Positions 18,315 through 28,139 of a stretch of 64,000 nt of DNA are shown piece by piece. The position numbers and the translations under genes were made by a program. This stretch comes from Rubripirellula sp. (lineage in GTDB: Bacteria; Planctomycetota; Planctomycetia; Pirellulales; Pirellulaceae). Location of the stretch: positions 6,464,001 through 6,528,000 of the forward strand of contig OZ244207.1 in the NCBI GenBank assembly GCA_965216875.1. The letters are read 5' to 3'. The notes under the pieces were generated by a model. That model saw nothing but the letters and a program-made list of their open reading frames with translations. It was not told the origin of the DNA and made no database searches. Numbering within the stretch: position 1 is the first letter of the stretch; every line of letters begins with the position of its first letter.

Positions 18315-19535
18315 ATGAGCAATGTACTAAGAATCGCGTTGGTCGATCCGAATGACGGAAGTCGCGAAAGCCTCAAAGCAATGCTTTTGGGTATGGACAC
18401 CGTCTGGTTGGAGGCTGATTGTTCGCGGTACGAGTTCTTTCCTGATGTGATCGAGCAGACCGCACCCGATGTTGGTGTTGTCGCACTCGATGCGGATCCG
18501 GACAAGGCAATCGATCTCGTTCAGCGGCTTTCGTCGGAAGCACCTGATACCGCTATCTTGGCGGCCAGCGAAAACACCGATGGACACCTGATCCTGCGCA
18601 CCATCCGCGCCGGTGCTCGCGAATTCTTGACATTGCCTCTTTCGGATGAGGACTTGGCGGGGGCTCTCGAGAGAGTGAGCCAACAAAAGTTCGGTTCGAG
18701 TGAAGGTGGCGCACGCTCTTGCGAAGTCATTGCCATCGCTGGTGCGACCGGCGGTGTTGGCAGCACAAGTACCGCAGTCAATCTTGGTTGCGTCCTGGCC
18801 GAGGATTCGCGCAACAGTGTTGCACTGCTCGACCTCGACCTGGCACTCGGTGACGCCGATGTGTTTCTCGATTCGATTCCGGATTACACGCTCGCCGATG
18901 TGGTTCAAAACATCTCGCGGCTCGACATCCAACTGCTCAAGCGATCGTTGACGAAGCACAGCAGCGGCCTGTACCTGCTTCCGCGTCCTGTCGAACTGCA
19001 CGACACGCTTGCCATTACCGACGATAACTTGCGGAAGGTGATCGGGCTTCTGAAAGCCTCGTTCACTCACTTGATTATCGACCTTTCAAAAACGTACAGC
19101 GCCGTGGACATGGCGGCGATCGAGAACGCATCTCGTGTTGTGTTGGTGACCCAGCTCGATCTCCCCTGTCTGCGTAACGTTGTCCGTTTGATGATGAGCT
19201 TCGAAGAAATCGAAGGTCTTCACAGCAAGGTTGAAATCGTGGTCAACCGTGCCGGTCTCGATTCAGGCCAAATCAGCCTGAAGAAGGCAAAGGAAACACT
19301 CGGCCGCGAAGTCTTTGCGCTGCTTCCCAACGACTATCGAACGATGGTCGAAGTCCGCAACAACGGTGTGCCGTTGATCGTGCAAGCACCCAAAGCGGCC
19401 ATTACGACCGCGATGCGCGAGCTTGCCGTCAAACTCGAAGGTGAACCCGAGAGTGCGATCGAAGGTGAGGACGGCGACTCAAAGCCATCCGAAAGCAAGT
19501 GGAAAAAATTCTGGCCCGGCTCGGCAAAGTCGTAG
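18315..19535 (+). CDS. cpaE: Pilus assembly protein CpaE/TadZ (receiver-like + MinD-like ATPase)
   Basis: RAGAREFL, GATGGVGST..AVNL, LLDLDL. Confidence 0.92.
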   Translation: MSNVLRIALVDPNDGSRESLKAMLLGMDTVWLEADCSRYEFFPDVIEQTAPDVGVVALDADPDKAIDLVQRLSSEAPDTAILAASENTDGHLILRTIRAGAREFLTLPLSDEDLAGALERVSQQKFGSSEGGARSCEVIAIAGATGGVGSTSTAVNLGCVLAEDSRNSVALLDLDLALGDADVFLDSIPDYTLADVVQNISRLDIQLLKRSLTKHSSGLYLLPRPVELHDTLAITDDNLRKVIGLLKASFTHLIIDLSKTYSAVDMAAIENASRVVLVTQLDLPCLRNVVRLMMSFEEIEGLHSKVEIVVNRAGLDSGQISLKKAKETLGREVFALLPNDYRTMVEVRNNGVPLIVQAPKAAITTAMRELAVKLEGEPESAIEGEDGDSKPSESKWKKFWPGSAKS

Positions 19536-19547
19536 AGCGTTGTGGTT

Positions 19548-19587
19548 GTAGGCCGGATCAATAAGCGACAGCGACGCAGATCCGGCA
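19548..19587 (+). repeat. REP family D (GTAGGCCGGATC...GATCCGGCA)
   Basis: Reverse copies at 57331-57370 and 62754-62810; palindromic with GTAG end. Confidence 0.85.
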
Positions 19588-19778
19588 GTTTCTCAAACAA
19601 CCGCAGATACGGTTCTTGCCTTCGCGACAATCGACGACGCGTCAATTGTCATGCGGAGCATGACCTACAAAGAGGACGCGGAGCGTCCGAAGAGAACGTT
19701 ACCACGCAGAGCGTGGTAACGAGGTGGACAACCGCACGCTATCGCGTTGCGGCTCGAGAGTGCCGTCAAACCTAGGCA

Positions 19779-21239
19779 CTACTTGCGCGACTCGATCCAC
19801 TCGATCAGTGTTTGCACCAGCGCTCCGGTTGCACCGCCATCACGGTGTGGCTTAGGTCCGTCCGCAAACGCGGGACCCGCGATGTCGATATGGACCCACG
19901 GCGTCTCGCCCACAAAGTTTTCTAAAAACTTGGCGGCGGTGATTGCGCCTCCCCATCGCCCTTCCCCGATGTTCTTGATGTCGGCGATGCTGCTTTTGAT
20001 TTTTTCGTCGTACAGCTTGAACATTGGCAATTGCCAAACCGGCTCACCGACCTGGTTGGCTGCCGCTTCGACTTCGTCGCAAAGCGCTTGATCATTCGTC
20101 ATCAGCCCCGCGACTTCCATTCCGAGCGCGACCAGACAAGCGCCGGTGAGGGTTGCCAAGTCGACCATCGCAGCGGGTTGATGTTGGATCGCGACATCGA
20201 GCGTGTCTGCCAAAACGACGCGGCCTTCAGCGTCCGTGTTGAGGATCTCGATTGTCTTTCCACTTCGGGTCTCGATCACATCGCCAAGCTTGTAGCTGTC
20301 ACCCGAGACCATGTTTTCGGCCAAGCCACAGAAACCGAGCACGTTCTTTTTGATGCCGAGTTTGGCCATGGCATGCATCACGCCGACAACGGTTGCAGCG
20401 CCAGCCATGTCGCACTTCATGTCGGTCATCGACGCACTTGGCTTAAGAGAGAGCCCGCCGCTGTCGAACGTGACCCCTTTGCCGACCAATGCGAGCGGGG
20501 CTTCATTACCGCCGCCATTGTGACGAAGGATCAGCAAACGTGGTGGGCGAGTTGATCCGGCACCGACCGCCAGCATGGCTCGGCAACCTTCTTTGACAAG
20601 ACGTTCTTCATCCCAAATCTCGGCTTCCAGCCCCACCGACTTGGCAAGTTCTGCGGCACGATCCGCAAAGCTTTCGGGGTAGATCACCGCCGGTGGTTCA
20701 TTGACCAAACGACGGGTGTGGTTGATCGACTGGCCAATTGCTTGCCCGCGATCGATGGCCGACTGGTCGATGCCAACGAACTCGAATTGATCGGGAACAT
20801 CGAGTCCACCTTCGCTCTGGTAGATGCCCTGTCCCTCGCAAGCGACCAGGCAACCGGCGACGATGGCGTCGTGCAGCGAAGCGTCAAAAGCACCGGCCAA
20901 GGCAATGGCGATGCTCTTTCGCGGACGGTCGATCAGTTTACGGACGGCCGTCGAAGCGGTTTGGTAGGCGAGTTGCCGTGAAGCTTGATCGGGCGAACCG
21001 ACGCCGATCGCCACCACGGTGGAAGGGCCCGATTCAGCCGAAGCGGCGATCACGTTGATCTCGCCACGCTTACCACGCACTTGCCCCTCGGTGACCAATC
21101 GCTCGATCGACCCTTGTTCGGGGAGCGATCCTTGAAGGCCACCTTCTTCCGAAATCGCGACCACCACTACCGAGGCATCGCTACTTGAAAGGTCGGGGAC
21201 AGATTTTAGATTCGGCGTTGGTAGGGGCAGGCTTTCCAT
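19779..21239 (-). CDS. pepA: Leucyl aminopeptidase (M17)
   Basis: VGKGVTFDSGG, MKCDMAGAA, NTDAEGRVVLAD, DLATLTGA, WVHIDIAG. Confidence 0.95.
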   Translation of the reverse strand: MESLPLPTPNLKSVPDLSSSDASVVVVAISEEGGLQGSLPEQGSIERLVTEGQVRGKRGEINVIAASAESGPSTVVAIGVGSPDQASRQLAYQTASTAVRKLIDRPRKSIAIALAGAFDASLHDAIVAGCLVACEGQGIYQSEGGLDVPDQFEFVGIDQSAIDRGQAIGQSINHTRRLVNEPPAVIYPESFADRAAELAKSVGLEAEIWDEERLVKEGCRAMLAVGAGSTRPPRLLILRHNGGGNEAPLALVGKGVTFDSGGLSLKPSASMTDMKCDMAGAATVVGVMHAMAKLGIKKNVLGFCGLAENMVSGDSYKLGDVIETRSGKTIEILNTDAEGRVVLADTLDVAIQHQPAAMVDLATLTGACLVALGMEVAGLMTNDQALCDEVEAAANQVGEPVWQLPMFKLYDEKIKSSIADIKNIGEGRWGGAITAAKFLENFVGETPWVHIDIAGPAFADGPKPHRDGGATGALVQTLIEWIESRK

Positions 21240-21465
21240 GACGGTATCAATGAAGGTAGCGTAGTGTTTAGATTCAGCGACCCATTCTGCCGCTCGTTGG
21301 CGTCGCGCCAGTTGATTTTGGCTCGCTGCGTTAGTCTAGCGCTCTGTCGACGGTTATCCTACCCCGGCAATGCGACCTCGCCGGACCCTCGCTTCTGCCT
21401 GATTCACACGCTCCTCAACGGGCGGCTTTGACACCACTGCATGACTATCACCGGTTGAACGACGG

Positions 21466-23298
21466 ATGAAACACCGCAGCACCCAAGAGGTGATTAACGA
21501 CCTGCGCGCCGGCGATCGCTTGATCGAAATCGACGACGAAGTCGATCCGCACCTTGAGATGGCCGAGATCCAGCGACGCGTTTATTCCAGCGGCGGACCC
21601 GCGTTGCTGTTCAACAACGTGAAGGGATCGTCGTTTCGTGCTGCGTCGAACCTGTTCGCATCACTCGACCAAGCTCGCTATCTCTTCCGCGACACTCTTG
21701 ATTCGGTGCGGCGGGTGATCGAGGTCAAACTCGACCCCTCTGCCCTGCCCCGCAAGCCGTTTCGCTACGCCGGTGTTCCGTTGACCGCGCTTCGGATGCT
21801 GCCGAAGAAATGCCGAAGCGGTCCGGTGACAGCCAACAAGACGTCGGTTTCATCATTGCCAATGATCAAAAGTTGGCCTGACGACGGTGGGGCGTTTGTT
21901 ACCCTGCCTCAAGTCTTGAGTGACGACCCGACCGACGCAGGGAATTTGATGCGCGTCAACTTGGGCATGTACCGCATCCAGTTGTCTGGCAATCAATACG
22001 AAGTCGATCGCGAAGTGGGTTTGCACTACCAGATTCATCGAGGCATCGGTGTGCATCATCGCGCGGCTCTGGACGCCGGCCAACCACTCAAGGTCGCGAT
22101 CACGGTGGGCGGCTCGCCAGCGATGAGCCTTTCGGCCGTGATGCCGCTTCCGGAAGGTTTGACAGAACTGACGTTCGCGGGGGCTCTTTCGGGGCGTCGA
22201 ATCCGTCTGGTCGTCGGCGATCATGCGCCCGTCTACTCCGATGCCGACTTTGCGTTGGTGGGAACGATCGATCCAAACCAAACCAAACCGGAAGGTCCCT
22301 TTGGCGATCACTTGGGCTATTACAGCCTCGAACATCCCTTCCCAGTGATGAAGGTGGATCATGTCTGGCACCGCGATGACGCGATCTGGCCCTTCACGGT
22401 CGTGGGACGCCCGCCGCAAGAAGACACAACGTTCGGTCAGCTAATTCATGAACTAACCGATCCGATCATTCCAACGGTCATTCCCGGTGTGAAGGCAGTG
22501 CACGCTGTGGATGCGGCCGGAGTGCATCCGTTGCTGCTCGCGATCGGCAGCGAGCGGTACATGCCTTATCTCAACCATCCTGCGCCCCAGGAATTGCTCA
22601 CGCAAGCCAATGCGATTCTTGGCAATGGGCAATTGTCACTGGCCAAGTACTTATGGATCACTGACGACCCCCAGGACCAACTGGATATTCACAACATCGA
22701 ATCGTTCTTGGCTCACATCTTGCGGCGGGCCGATTGGAAACGAGATCTGCACTTCCAGACCCAGACCACGATCGACACGCTTGACTACAGCGGAACGGGT
22801 TTCAATCAGGGGTCGAAACTCGTGATCGCCGCGACGGGACAGCCGATTCGTGAGTTGCCAACCGAACTGCCCAGTGACCTCGCACTGCCTGATGGCTTTT
22901 CCAGCCCACGAGTCGTTGCACCGGGCGTGCTTGCGATCGAGGCACCTCGTTTCACCGACGATTCGGCGCATCGACACCTCCGAGCCTTCTGTGAATCGAT
23001 ACCGTTCCCATCAGGACTGAATGCATTCCCACTGGTCACCCTGGTTGATGACAGCGACTTTGTTGCGCGTTCGATGCAGAATTGGTTGTGGGTCACATTC
23101 ACCCGCAGCAACCCGGCGGCCGATGTGGATGGAATCGACGCAACCACATCCCACAAGCATTGGGGTTGCCGCGGTTCCTTGGTGATCGATGCTCGCATCA
23201 AGCCTCACCACGCGCCCCCGTTGGTCGAGGATCCTGAAACCAGTGCCAAGGTGGATGCGCGTGCGGCACGTGGCGGTCCGCTTGCCAAATACTTATGA
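21466..23298 (+). CDS. UbiD-family (prFMN) decarboxylase
   Basis: GPALLFNNVKG, NLGMYRIQ, EGPFGDHLGYY, VVGRPPQED, IDTLDYSG. Confidence 0.92.
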   Translation: MKHRSTQEVINDLRAGDRLIEIDDEVDPHLEMAEIQRRVYSSGGPALLFNNVKGSSFRAASNLFASLDQARYLFRDTLDSVRRVIEVKLDPSALPRKPFRYAGVPLTALRMLPKKCRSGPVTANKTSVSSLPMIKSWPDDGGAFVTLPQVLSDDPTDAGNLMRVNLGMYRIQLSGNQYEVDREVGLHYQIHRGIGVHHRAALDAGQPLKVAITVGGSPAMSLSAVMPLPEGLTELTFAGALSGRRIRLVVGDHAPVYSDADFALVGTIDPNQTKPEGPFGDHLGYYSLEHPFPVMKVDHVWHRDDAIWPFTVVGRPPQEDTTFGQLIHELTDPIIPTVIPGVKAVHAVDAAGVHPLLLAIGSERYMPYLNHPAPQELLTQANAILGNGQLSLAKYLWITDDPQDQLDIHNIESFLAHILRRADWKRDLHFQTQTTIDTLDYSGTGFNQGSKLVIAATGQPIRELPTELPSDLALPDGFSSPRVVAPGVLAIEAPRFTDDSAHRHLRAFCESIPFPSGLNAFPLVTLVDDSDFVARSMQNWLWVTFTRSNPAADVDGIDATTSHKHWGCRGSLVIDARIKPHHAPPLVEDPETSAKVDARAARGGPLAKYL

Positions 23299-23358
23299 TC
23301 GTGCATCCGGTCCCCAAGCAAAATCGATCGTCGTTTTTCTAACGTTTGCCCATTCGCA

Positions 23359-24165
23359 ATGCCGCAACTTCAAGAGCTTTTTCAGTGTGACCATCCGGTG
23401 GCTCTCGTCACCGGCAGCGGTGCGCCACGTGTTGGTCGAGCCGTTGCCAAGCGTCTTGCCAAGCTCGGCTGTCACATCGCGTTACACGCCAATGCAAGTG
23501 TCGAGCAAGCGAATGAAGTCGCCGAGCAGATCAAGCGCGACGCCGGCACTCAAGCAATGGTGACGACCGGTTCACTTGCCGAAGACGAAACGGCCGAACG
23601 CATCGTAGCCGAAACCACCGAGACGTTTGGTCGAGTCGACATTTTGGTCAACAGCGCCGCCATTTGGTTCCCCACCAAACTGGAGCAAGTCTCCGCCGAC
23701 GAAGTCCGCAAGTATTTGCAAATCAATACCGTCGCGTCGCTCCTTTGTGCCAAGGCGGCCGGATTGATCATGGTTGACCAACCGACAGGCGGATCGATCA
23801 TCAACATTGGCGATTGGGCAACCACGCGACCTTACCTTGATCACGCCGCCTACTTTCCCAGTAAGGGAGCGGTCGAAGCGATGACCCGTTCTCTCGCCGT
23901 CGAACTTGGATCTCGCAACGGCAAGGTGCGAGTCAATTGCATCCAACCTGGTCCCGTTCTTTTTGCTGATGACGTCGACGAAGCAACGCGAAAGAAGGTC
24001 GCGACCAGCACGTTGACCGGAAGAACGGGGACGCCTGATCACATCGCGCATGCCGTCGAGTTTCTGTGCGAAAATGATTTTGTCACCGGCGTCTGCCTCC
24101 CTGTCGATGGTGGCCGAAGCGTCTTTGCCCCCGACGGTTTACAAGTCGGAATGAACCTAGGGTGA
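23359..24165 (+). CDS. SDR oxidoreductase, pteridine-reductase/FolM-like
   Basis: ALVTGSGAPRVG, LVNSAA, YFPSKG, RVNCIQPGP, VDGG. Confidence 0.85.
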   Translation: MPQLQELFQCDHPVALVTGSGAPRVGRAVAKRLAKLGCHIALHANASVEQANEVAEQIKRDAGTQAMVTTGSLAEDETAERIVAETTETFGRVDILVNSAAIWFPTKLEQVSADEVRKYLQINTVASLLCAKAAGLIMVDQPTGGSIINIGDWATTRPYLDHAAYFPSKGAVEAMTRSLAVELGSRNGKVRVNCIQPGPVLFADDVDEATRKKVATSTLTGRTGTPDHIAHAVEFLCENDFVTGVCLPVDGGRSVFAPDGLQVGMNLG

Positions 24166-24182
24166 GCGGCAAGATTCTAGCC

Positions 24183-24231
24183 ATCACCCTCCCGCTTGCG
24201 GGAGGGTCCGACGCAAAGTCCGGGGAGGGAA
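24183..24231 (+). repeat. Repeat family A, partial copy (CCCTCCCGCTTGCGGGAGGG...)
   Basis: Matches the first half of 41786-41913 and 57051-57170. Confidence 0.85.
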
Positions 24232-24326
24232 TGGCCGGGCTTTGGATGAAGCACCGATTGAGCCACCGAGGGCACTGAGAGCACGGAGTAAGAAACCCAT
24301 GGGGAGAGTAAAAAACACGCAGTCGC

Positions 24327-24929
24327 CTACCCGCGCCGACTGACGTACACGTTATCTCTTATATAAAACCGATACGGTAAATCAGCCGCTTTGCTCAGCC
24401 CGATGCGTGTGGTGGTGACCACTTGCTCGTCTTCAAAATCGACTTGCGCGTCTCGGATATCGATGTCACTCCCGCGGACAAGATCGACACCGTCATCATC
24501 GCGGTCGACGCCGAGGGCTTGGCACAACATGGCAGGTCCGCTCGTGAGTCGCCGATGCTCGTCGAGTCCACGGGACTGCTGCATTTGTTCGATTCCCCAA
24601 ATGGGCTCAATGGCGCGAATCAAGACAGCACACCCGTCGCCCTGTCGCTCGGTTACGGCGTTCAAACAGTACTTTGCATGGATCGGGTAGACGTAAAGCG
24701 TACCCGGTTTGCCAAACATCGACGCATTGGAAGGCGTTTGGCCGCGCGCGCTGTGGCTGGCCAAATCGTCACTCGCCAAATAGGCTTCTGTTTCGATAAT
24801 CATGCCGCCGATCCACCGTCCATCGGATCGCCGCATCAGCAACTTTCCGAGTAGATCACGAGCGACTTGCAACGTCGAGCGATCGTAGAATGTGCGTGGC
24901 AGTCGTTTTTTTCGCGGAGCTGGTTTCAT
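24327..24929 (-). CDS. mpg: 3-methyladenine DNA glycosylase (MPG/AAG family)
   Basis: FYDRSTLQVARDLLGK, IIETEAY, MFGKPGTLYVY, AVLIRAIEP, GPAMLCQALG, RIGLSKA. Confidence 0.93.
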   Translation of the reverse strand: MKPAPRKKRLPRTFYDRSTLQVARDLLGKLLMRRSDGRWIGGMIIETEAYLASDDLASHSARGQTPSNASMFGKPGTLYVYPIHAKYCLNAVTERQGDGCAVLIRAIEPIWGIEQMQQSRGLDEHRRLTSGPAMLCQALGVDRDDDGVDLVRGSDIDIRDAQVDFEDEQVVTTTRIGLSKAADLPYRFYIRDNVYVSRRG

Positions 24930-26109
24930 CAATAAAGAACAATCACGAGTTCTGAAAGCACGTTGGATTTTTCCCGTTTCGGCACCGCCAATCAACGGTG
25001 GTTGGATGCGCGTCGAAAACGGAAGCGTCGTTGAACTGGGCGGCGGCTCCGCGCCTTTTGGTGCGCAAGATCTGGGTGACGTGGCTCTGTTACCCGGATT
25101 GGTGAATGCTCACACCCACTTCGAATTCTCTGACTGCCAGCAACCGATCGGCGATGCTGGCACACCACTTTACCAGTGGATCGGCCAAGTGATCGCAGCG
25201 CGTGGTGTCGCATCGGTCGAAAGCAAACAGGCCGCAATTGAACTTGGGATTCGCCAATCGATTGCGGCGGGCGTTCGACTCGTTGGTGAAATCACGACGC
25301 CGCCTTGCCAGTACCTCACGGCATCCGATTGCGCGATCGTTTCCTTCGCCGAAGTGCTCGGCTTGGCAACCGAACGCGCCACGGAGAAGCTTGCTGCAGC
25401 ACAGCGGCATTTCGACAGCCGAAAGGTCGAGTTGGGTTGGAGCCCGCACGCGCCGTACTCCACACGATGGGATACGATCGAACACTGCGTGAGGGATTCC
25501 AAAGCCACGGGGCGCGGATTGGCGATGCACGTTGCCGAGTCGCCCGACGAACGTGAGTTGCTTGAAAATGCCAGCGGACCATTCGCTGACTCGCTTCGTC
25601 AAATCGGTGTCTTTCAAGAAGAGCTCTATCCTTGGGGCGACGACGCGACACTTAACTTGCTCCAGTTACTCGGCCAGGCGTCGCGTGTGTTGCTCGTTCA
25701 CGGCAACGACTTGCAGGATGCTGAAATTGAGTGTCTCGCCAAGCACAGCCAGATCACGGTGGTCTACTGCCCACGGACTCACGCCTTCTTTGGCTACGAC
25801 CGCCACCCCGTCGACAAGCTTCTCGGCAAAGGTGTTCGCGTTGCGCTCGGTACCGATTCGAGGGCCAGCAACCCGGATCTGAACCTTTGGCGCGAGATGC
25901 AATTCTTATGGCAGCACCGCCAGGATCTCGAACCGCACGAGGTTCTGGCGATGGGGACGGTCGCCGGTGCGGACGCTCTCGGAAAGACAAAGTTCGGCAG
26001 ATTGGCTCCAGGAACACGGTCCGATTGCGGTGCGGTAGAAACAAAAAGTGCGAAGATCGACGGTGTTTTCGACGATTTGGCGACTGGCGACTACCGAGTT
26101 GTGATGTAG
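24892..26109 (+). CDS. Metal-dependent amidohydrolase, possibly aminodeoxyfutalosine-deaminase-like
   Basis: PGLVNAHTH, SPHAPYS, MHVAES, LVHGN, ALGTDS; start uncertain. Confidence 0.8.
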   Translation: MRGSRFFRGAGFINKEQSRVLKARWIFPVSAPPINGGWMRVENGSVVELGGGSAPFGAQDLGDVALLPGLVNAHTHFEFSDCQQPIGDAGTPLYQWIGQVIAARGVASVESKQAAIELGIRQSIAAGVRLVGEITTPPCQYLTASDCAIVSFAEVLGLATERATEKLAAAQRHFDSRKVELGWSPHAPYSTRWDTIEHCVRDSKATGRGLAMHVAESPDERELLENASGPFADSLRQIGVFQEELYPWGDDATLNLLQLLGQASRVLLVHGNDLQDAEIECLAKHSQITVVYCPRTHAFFGYDRHPVDKLLGKGVRVALGTDSRASNPDLNLWREMQFLWQHRQDLEPHEVLAMGTVAGADALGKTKFGRLAPGTRSDCGAVETKSAKIDGVFDDLATGDYRVVM

Positions 26110-26191
26110 CCCACGCTTTGCGCACTTCCGCCGATTCGTCTGGCCGTCGCGGCCCCGATTTGGTAATTCTTTTCGCGCCCTTTCAATCAAT

Positions 26192-26230
26192 TCCCGGAAA
26201 GGATGTTGGCAATCCCGGAATGGATGTTGG
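26192..26230 (+). repeat. 18-bp direct repeat x2 with 21-bp period upstream of the SDR gene
   Basis: TCCCGGAAAGGATGTTGG (26192-26209) and TCCCGGAATGGATGTTGG (26213-26230). Confidence 0.8.
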
Positions 26231-26248
26231 AGTAATTGGGAAACGGAG

Positions 26249-27094
26249 ATGCGTGATCTAGCTGGAAAACGAGCCGTCGTGACGGGTGCCGCCTCGGGCA
26301 TCGGCCGAGCCATTGCGCTCGAATTGGCCCGTCAGGGAACGCATGTCTGTTTGTGGGATCGAGATGCCGAGGGGCTCGCCGAGAGTCAATCACTCTGTGA
26401 AGCGATCGGTGTCGAGTGCAAAACAATCACCGTTGATCTTTCTTCGCGCGACGCGATCACCGAAGCGGTTACTGATGTCTTTTCTTCGTGGCCCGCAATC
26501 GACATTCTGGTCAACAACGCTGGCGTTGGGTTCGAAGGTCCGACGCAACGGATGACAGCGGATCAATGGGACGCCGTGATCGGCATCAACTTGCTGGCTC
26601 CGATTCAGATCATTCACGAGATGTTGCCAATGTTGCTCGGGCGACCCGAGGCACACATCTTGAACGTTGCCAGCATGCTTGGACTTAGTCCAGTGCCGCG
26701 TGGTGCAGCGTATTGCACGAGCAAGTTTGGCCTCGTTGGGTTGTCGGAATGCTTGCGGATGGAATACCGGCGAACACGGCTGGGTGTCACCGCTTGTTGT
26801 CCCGGATTCGTTCGCTCGAATCTGTTTGTGCATGGCCAAGGCGGCGATCCGTCTCGTCCGATCAGCAAGCCGTCACCCATTCTGTTCACATCGCCCGAAC
26901 AGGTTGCCAAGAAATCGGTGAAAGCCATTCGCAAGAATCGCGCCAAAGTCCTTGTCACACCGCTCGCTCATTTCTTGTGGTTTGCGAACCGCTACATGCC
27001 ATCGCTACTTGAACTGGCAAGCATGATTGGTCGTCGTAAAGGCCCGTCCACCGAAGCGCTCTATCCACTCGCACCGCACGGCCAATCGACATGA
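26249..27094 (+). CDS. Classical SDR oxidoreductase
   Basis: TGAASGIG, LVNNAG, YCTSKFG. Confidence 0.92.
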   Translation: MRDLAGKRAVVTGAASGIGRAIALELARQGTHVCLWDRDAEGLAESQSLCEAIGVECKTITVDLSSRDAITEAVTDVFSSWPAIDILVNNAGVGFEGPTQRMTADQWDAVIGINLLAPIQIIHEMLPMLLGRPEAHILNVASMLGLSPVPRGAAYCTSKFGLVGLSECLRMEYRRTRLGVTACCPGFVRSNLFVHGQGGDPSRPISKPSPILFTSPEQVAKKSVKAIRKNRAKVLVTPLAHFLWFANRYMPSLLELASMIGRRKGPSTEALYPLAPHGQST

Positions 27095-27999
27095 GCCCGG
27101 ATGAGGGCATTCGAGTCGACGCCGATTTCACGAGCGAAGGTTGTCGCTGCGCCGCGTGGCTCTATCGTCCAGAACGCGTTCCCGCTGGAACAAAGTTGCC
27201 CATCGTTGTGATGGCCCACGGATTCGCTGGCCAGCGCCGGTTTCGACTACCAAGTTATGCAAAACGGTTTGTCGACCGAGGCATTGCCGTGTTGGTTTTT
27301 GACTATCGCCATTTTGGGGATAGCGAGGGCGAGCCTCGTAACGTGGTGAACCATTGGCGTCAGCAGCGGGATTGGCGAGCAGCGATCGAACATGCCGGAA
27401 CGATCGAAGGCATCGATGCGACGCGAATCGGATTGTGGGGGTCCTCGTTCAGCGGCGGGCATGTGGTGGCGCTCGCGGGCAGCGATCTTGGAAGGGACAT
27501 CCGTGCCATCAGCTCGCACGTACCCATGCTTAGCATGGTCCGTTCGCTCCGCATCAAACCCAAGACCTTGCTTCAAGCCGTTGGGCATGGGCTCTGGGAT
27601 TGCACCAAGGCGATCTTCGGCGCCTCACCTCACTATGTGCCAGTGGTTGCGCCGCCGGCGAAGTTCGCAGCACTGAACCAAGAGGGCTGTGACGAGGGAT
27701 ACCACTCGATGGTTCCCGAATCAGAGACGTGGGCAAATCAGGTCGCAGCACGGTCGCTGGTAACGAGCCTCTTGTTTGATCCCGGGCGGAAGGCATCCAA
27801 CGTTCAATGCCCTGCCCTGTTTGTGATTGCCAATCACGACCAAGTGATTCGAACTCGCGTTTCGACAGCGATCGTCAAGAAAGTTCGCAACGCGGAACCG
27901 GTTTACGTCGATGCCGATCACTTTGAAGTTTATCAAGGGGAACACTTCGATCGAATCTCAACGCTACAAGCCGACTTCTTCGAAAGATGTCTCCGGTGA
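27091..27999 (+). CDS. Alpha/beta hydrolase
   Basis: VVMAHGF, FDYRHFGDSEG, nucleophile elbow GSSFSGG, DHF; ATGA overlap with the SDR gene. Confidence 0.9.
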   Translation: MSPDEGIRVDADFTSEGCRCAAWLYRPERVPAGTKLPIVVMAHGFAGQRRFRLPSYAKRFVDRGIAVLVFDYRHFGDSEGEPRNVVNHWRQQRDWRAAIEHAGTIEGIDATRIGLWGSSFSGGHVVALAGSDLGRDIRAISSHVPMLSMVRSLRIKPKTLLQAVGHGLWDCTKAIFGASPHYVPVVAPPAKFAALNQEGCDEGYHSMVPESETWANQVAARSLVTSLLFDPGRKASNVQCPALFVIANHDQVIRTRVSTAIVKKVRNAEPVYVDADHFEVYQGEHFDRISTLQADFFERCLR

Positions 28000-28007
28000 G
28001 CCGACGG

Positions 28008-28104
28008 CGTAAGCCGAACGCGCTAGCGTCGGGCCCTCTATCGTTCGTAGTACCGAGCTTTAGCCGGAATCTTACGCAATCCGCCTAAAGGCGAGACTAC
28101 AAAC
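28008..28104 (+). repeat. Adjacent REP family C and family B (GTAGTACCGAGCTTTAGCCGGAATC...GACTAC)
   Basis: 28042-28073 is identical to 51059-51090. Confidence 0.85.
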
Positions 28105-28139
28105 GGTGCTCGATCCGACTCGTGGGCCGAACTCGCAAC

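Noticed and set aside
19698..19723. Palindrome GTTACCACGCAGAGCGTGGTAAC as a terminator or operator
   Set aside because: Single copy here with no U-tail; probably another REP-like unit but cannot be supported from this window
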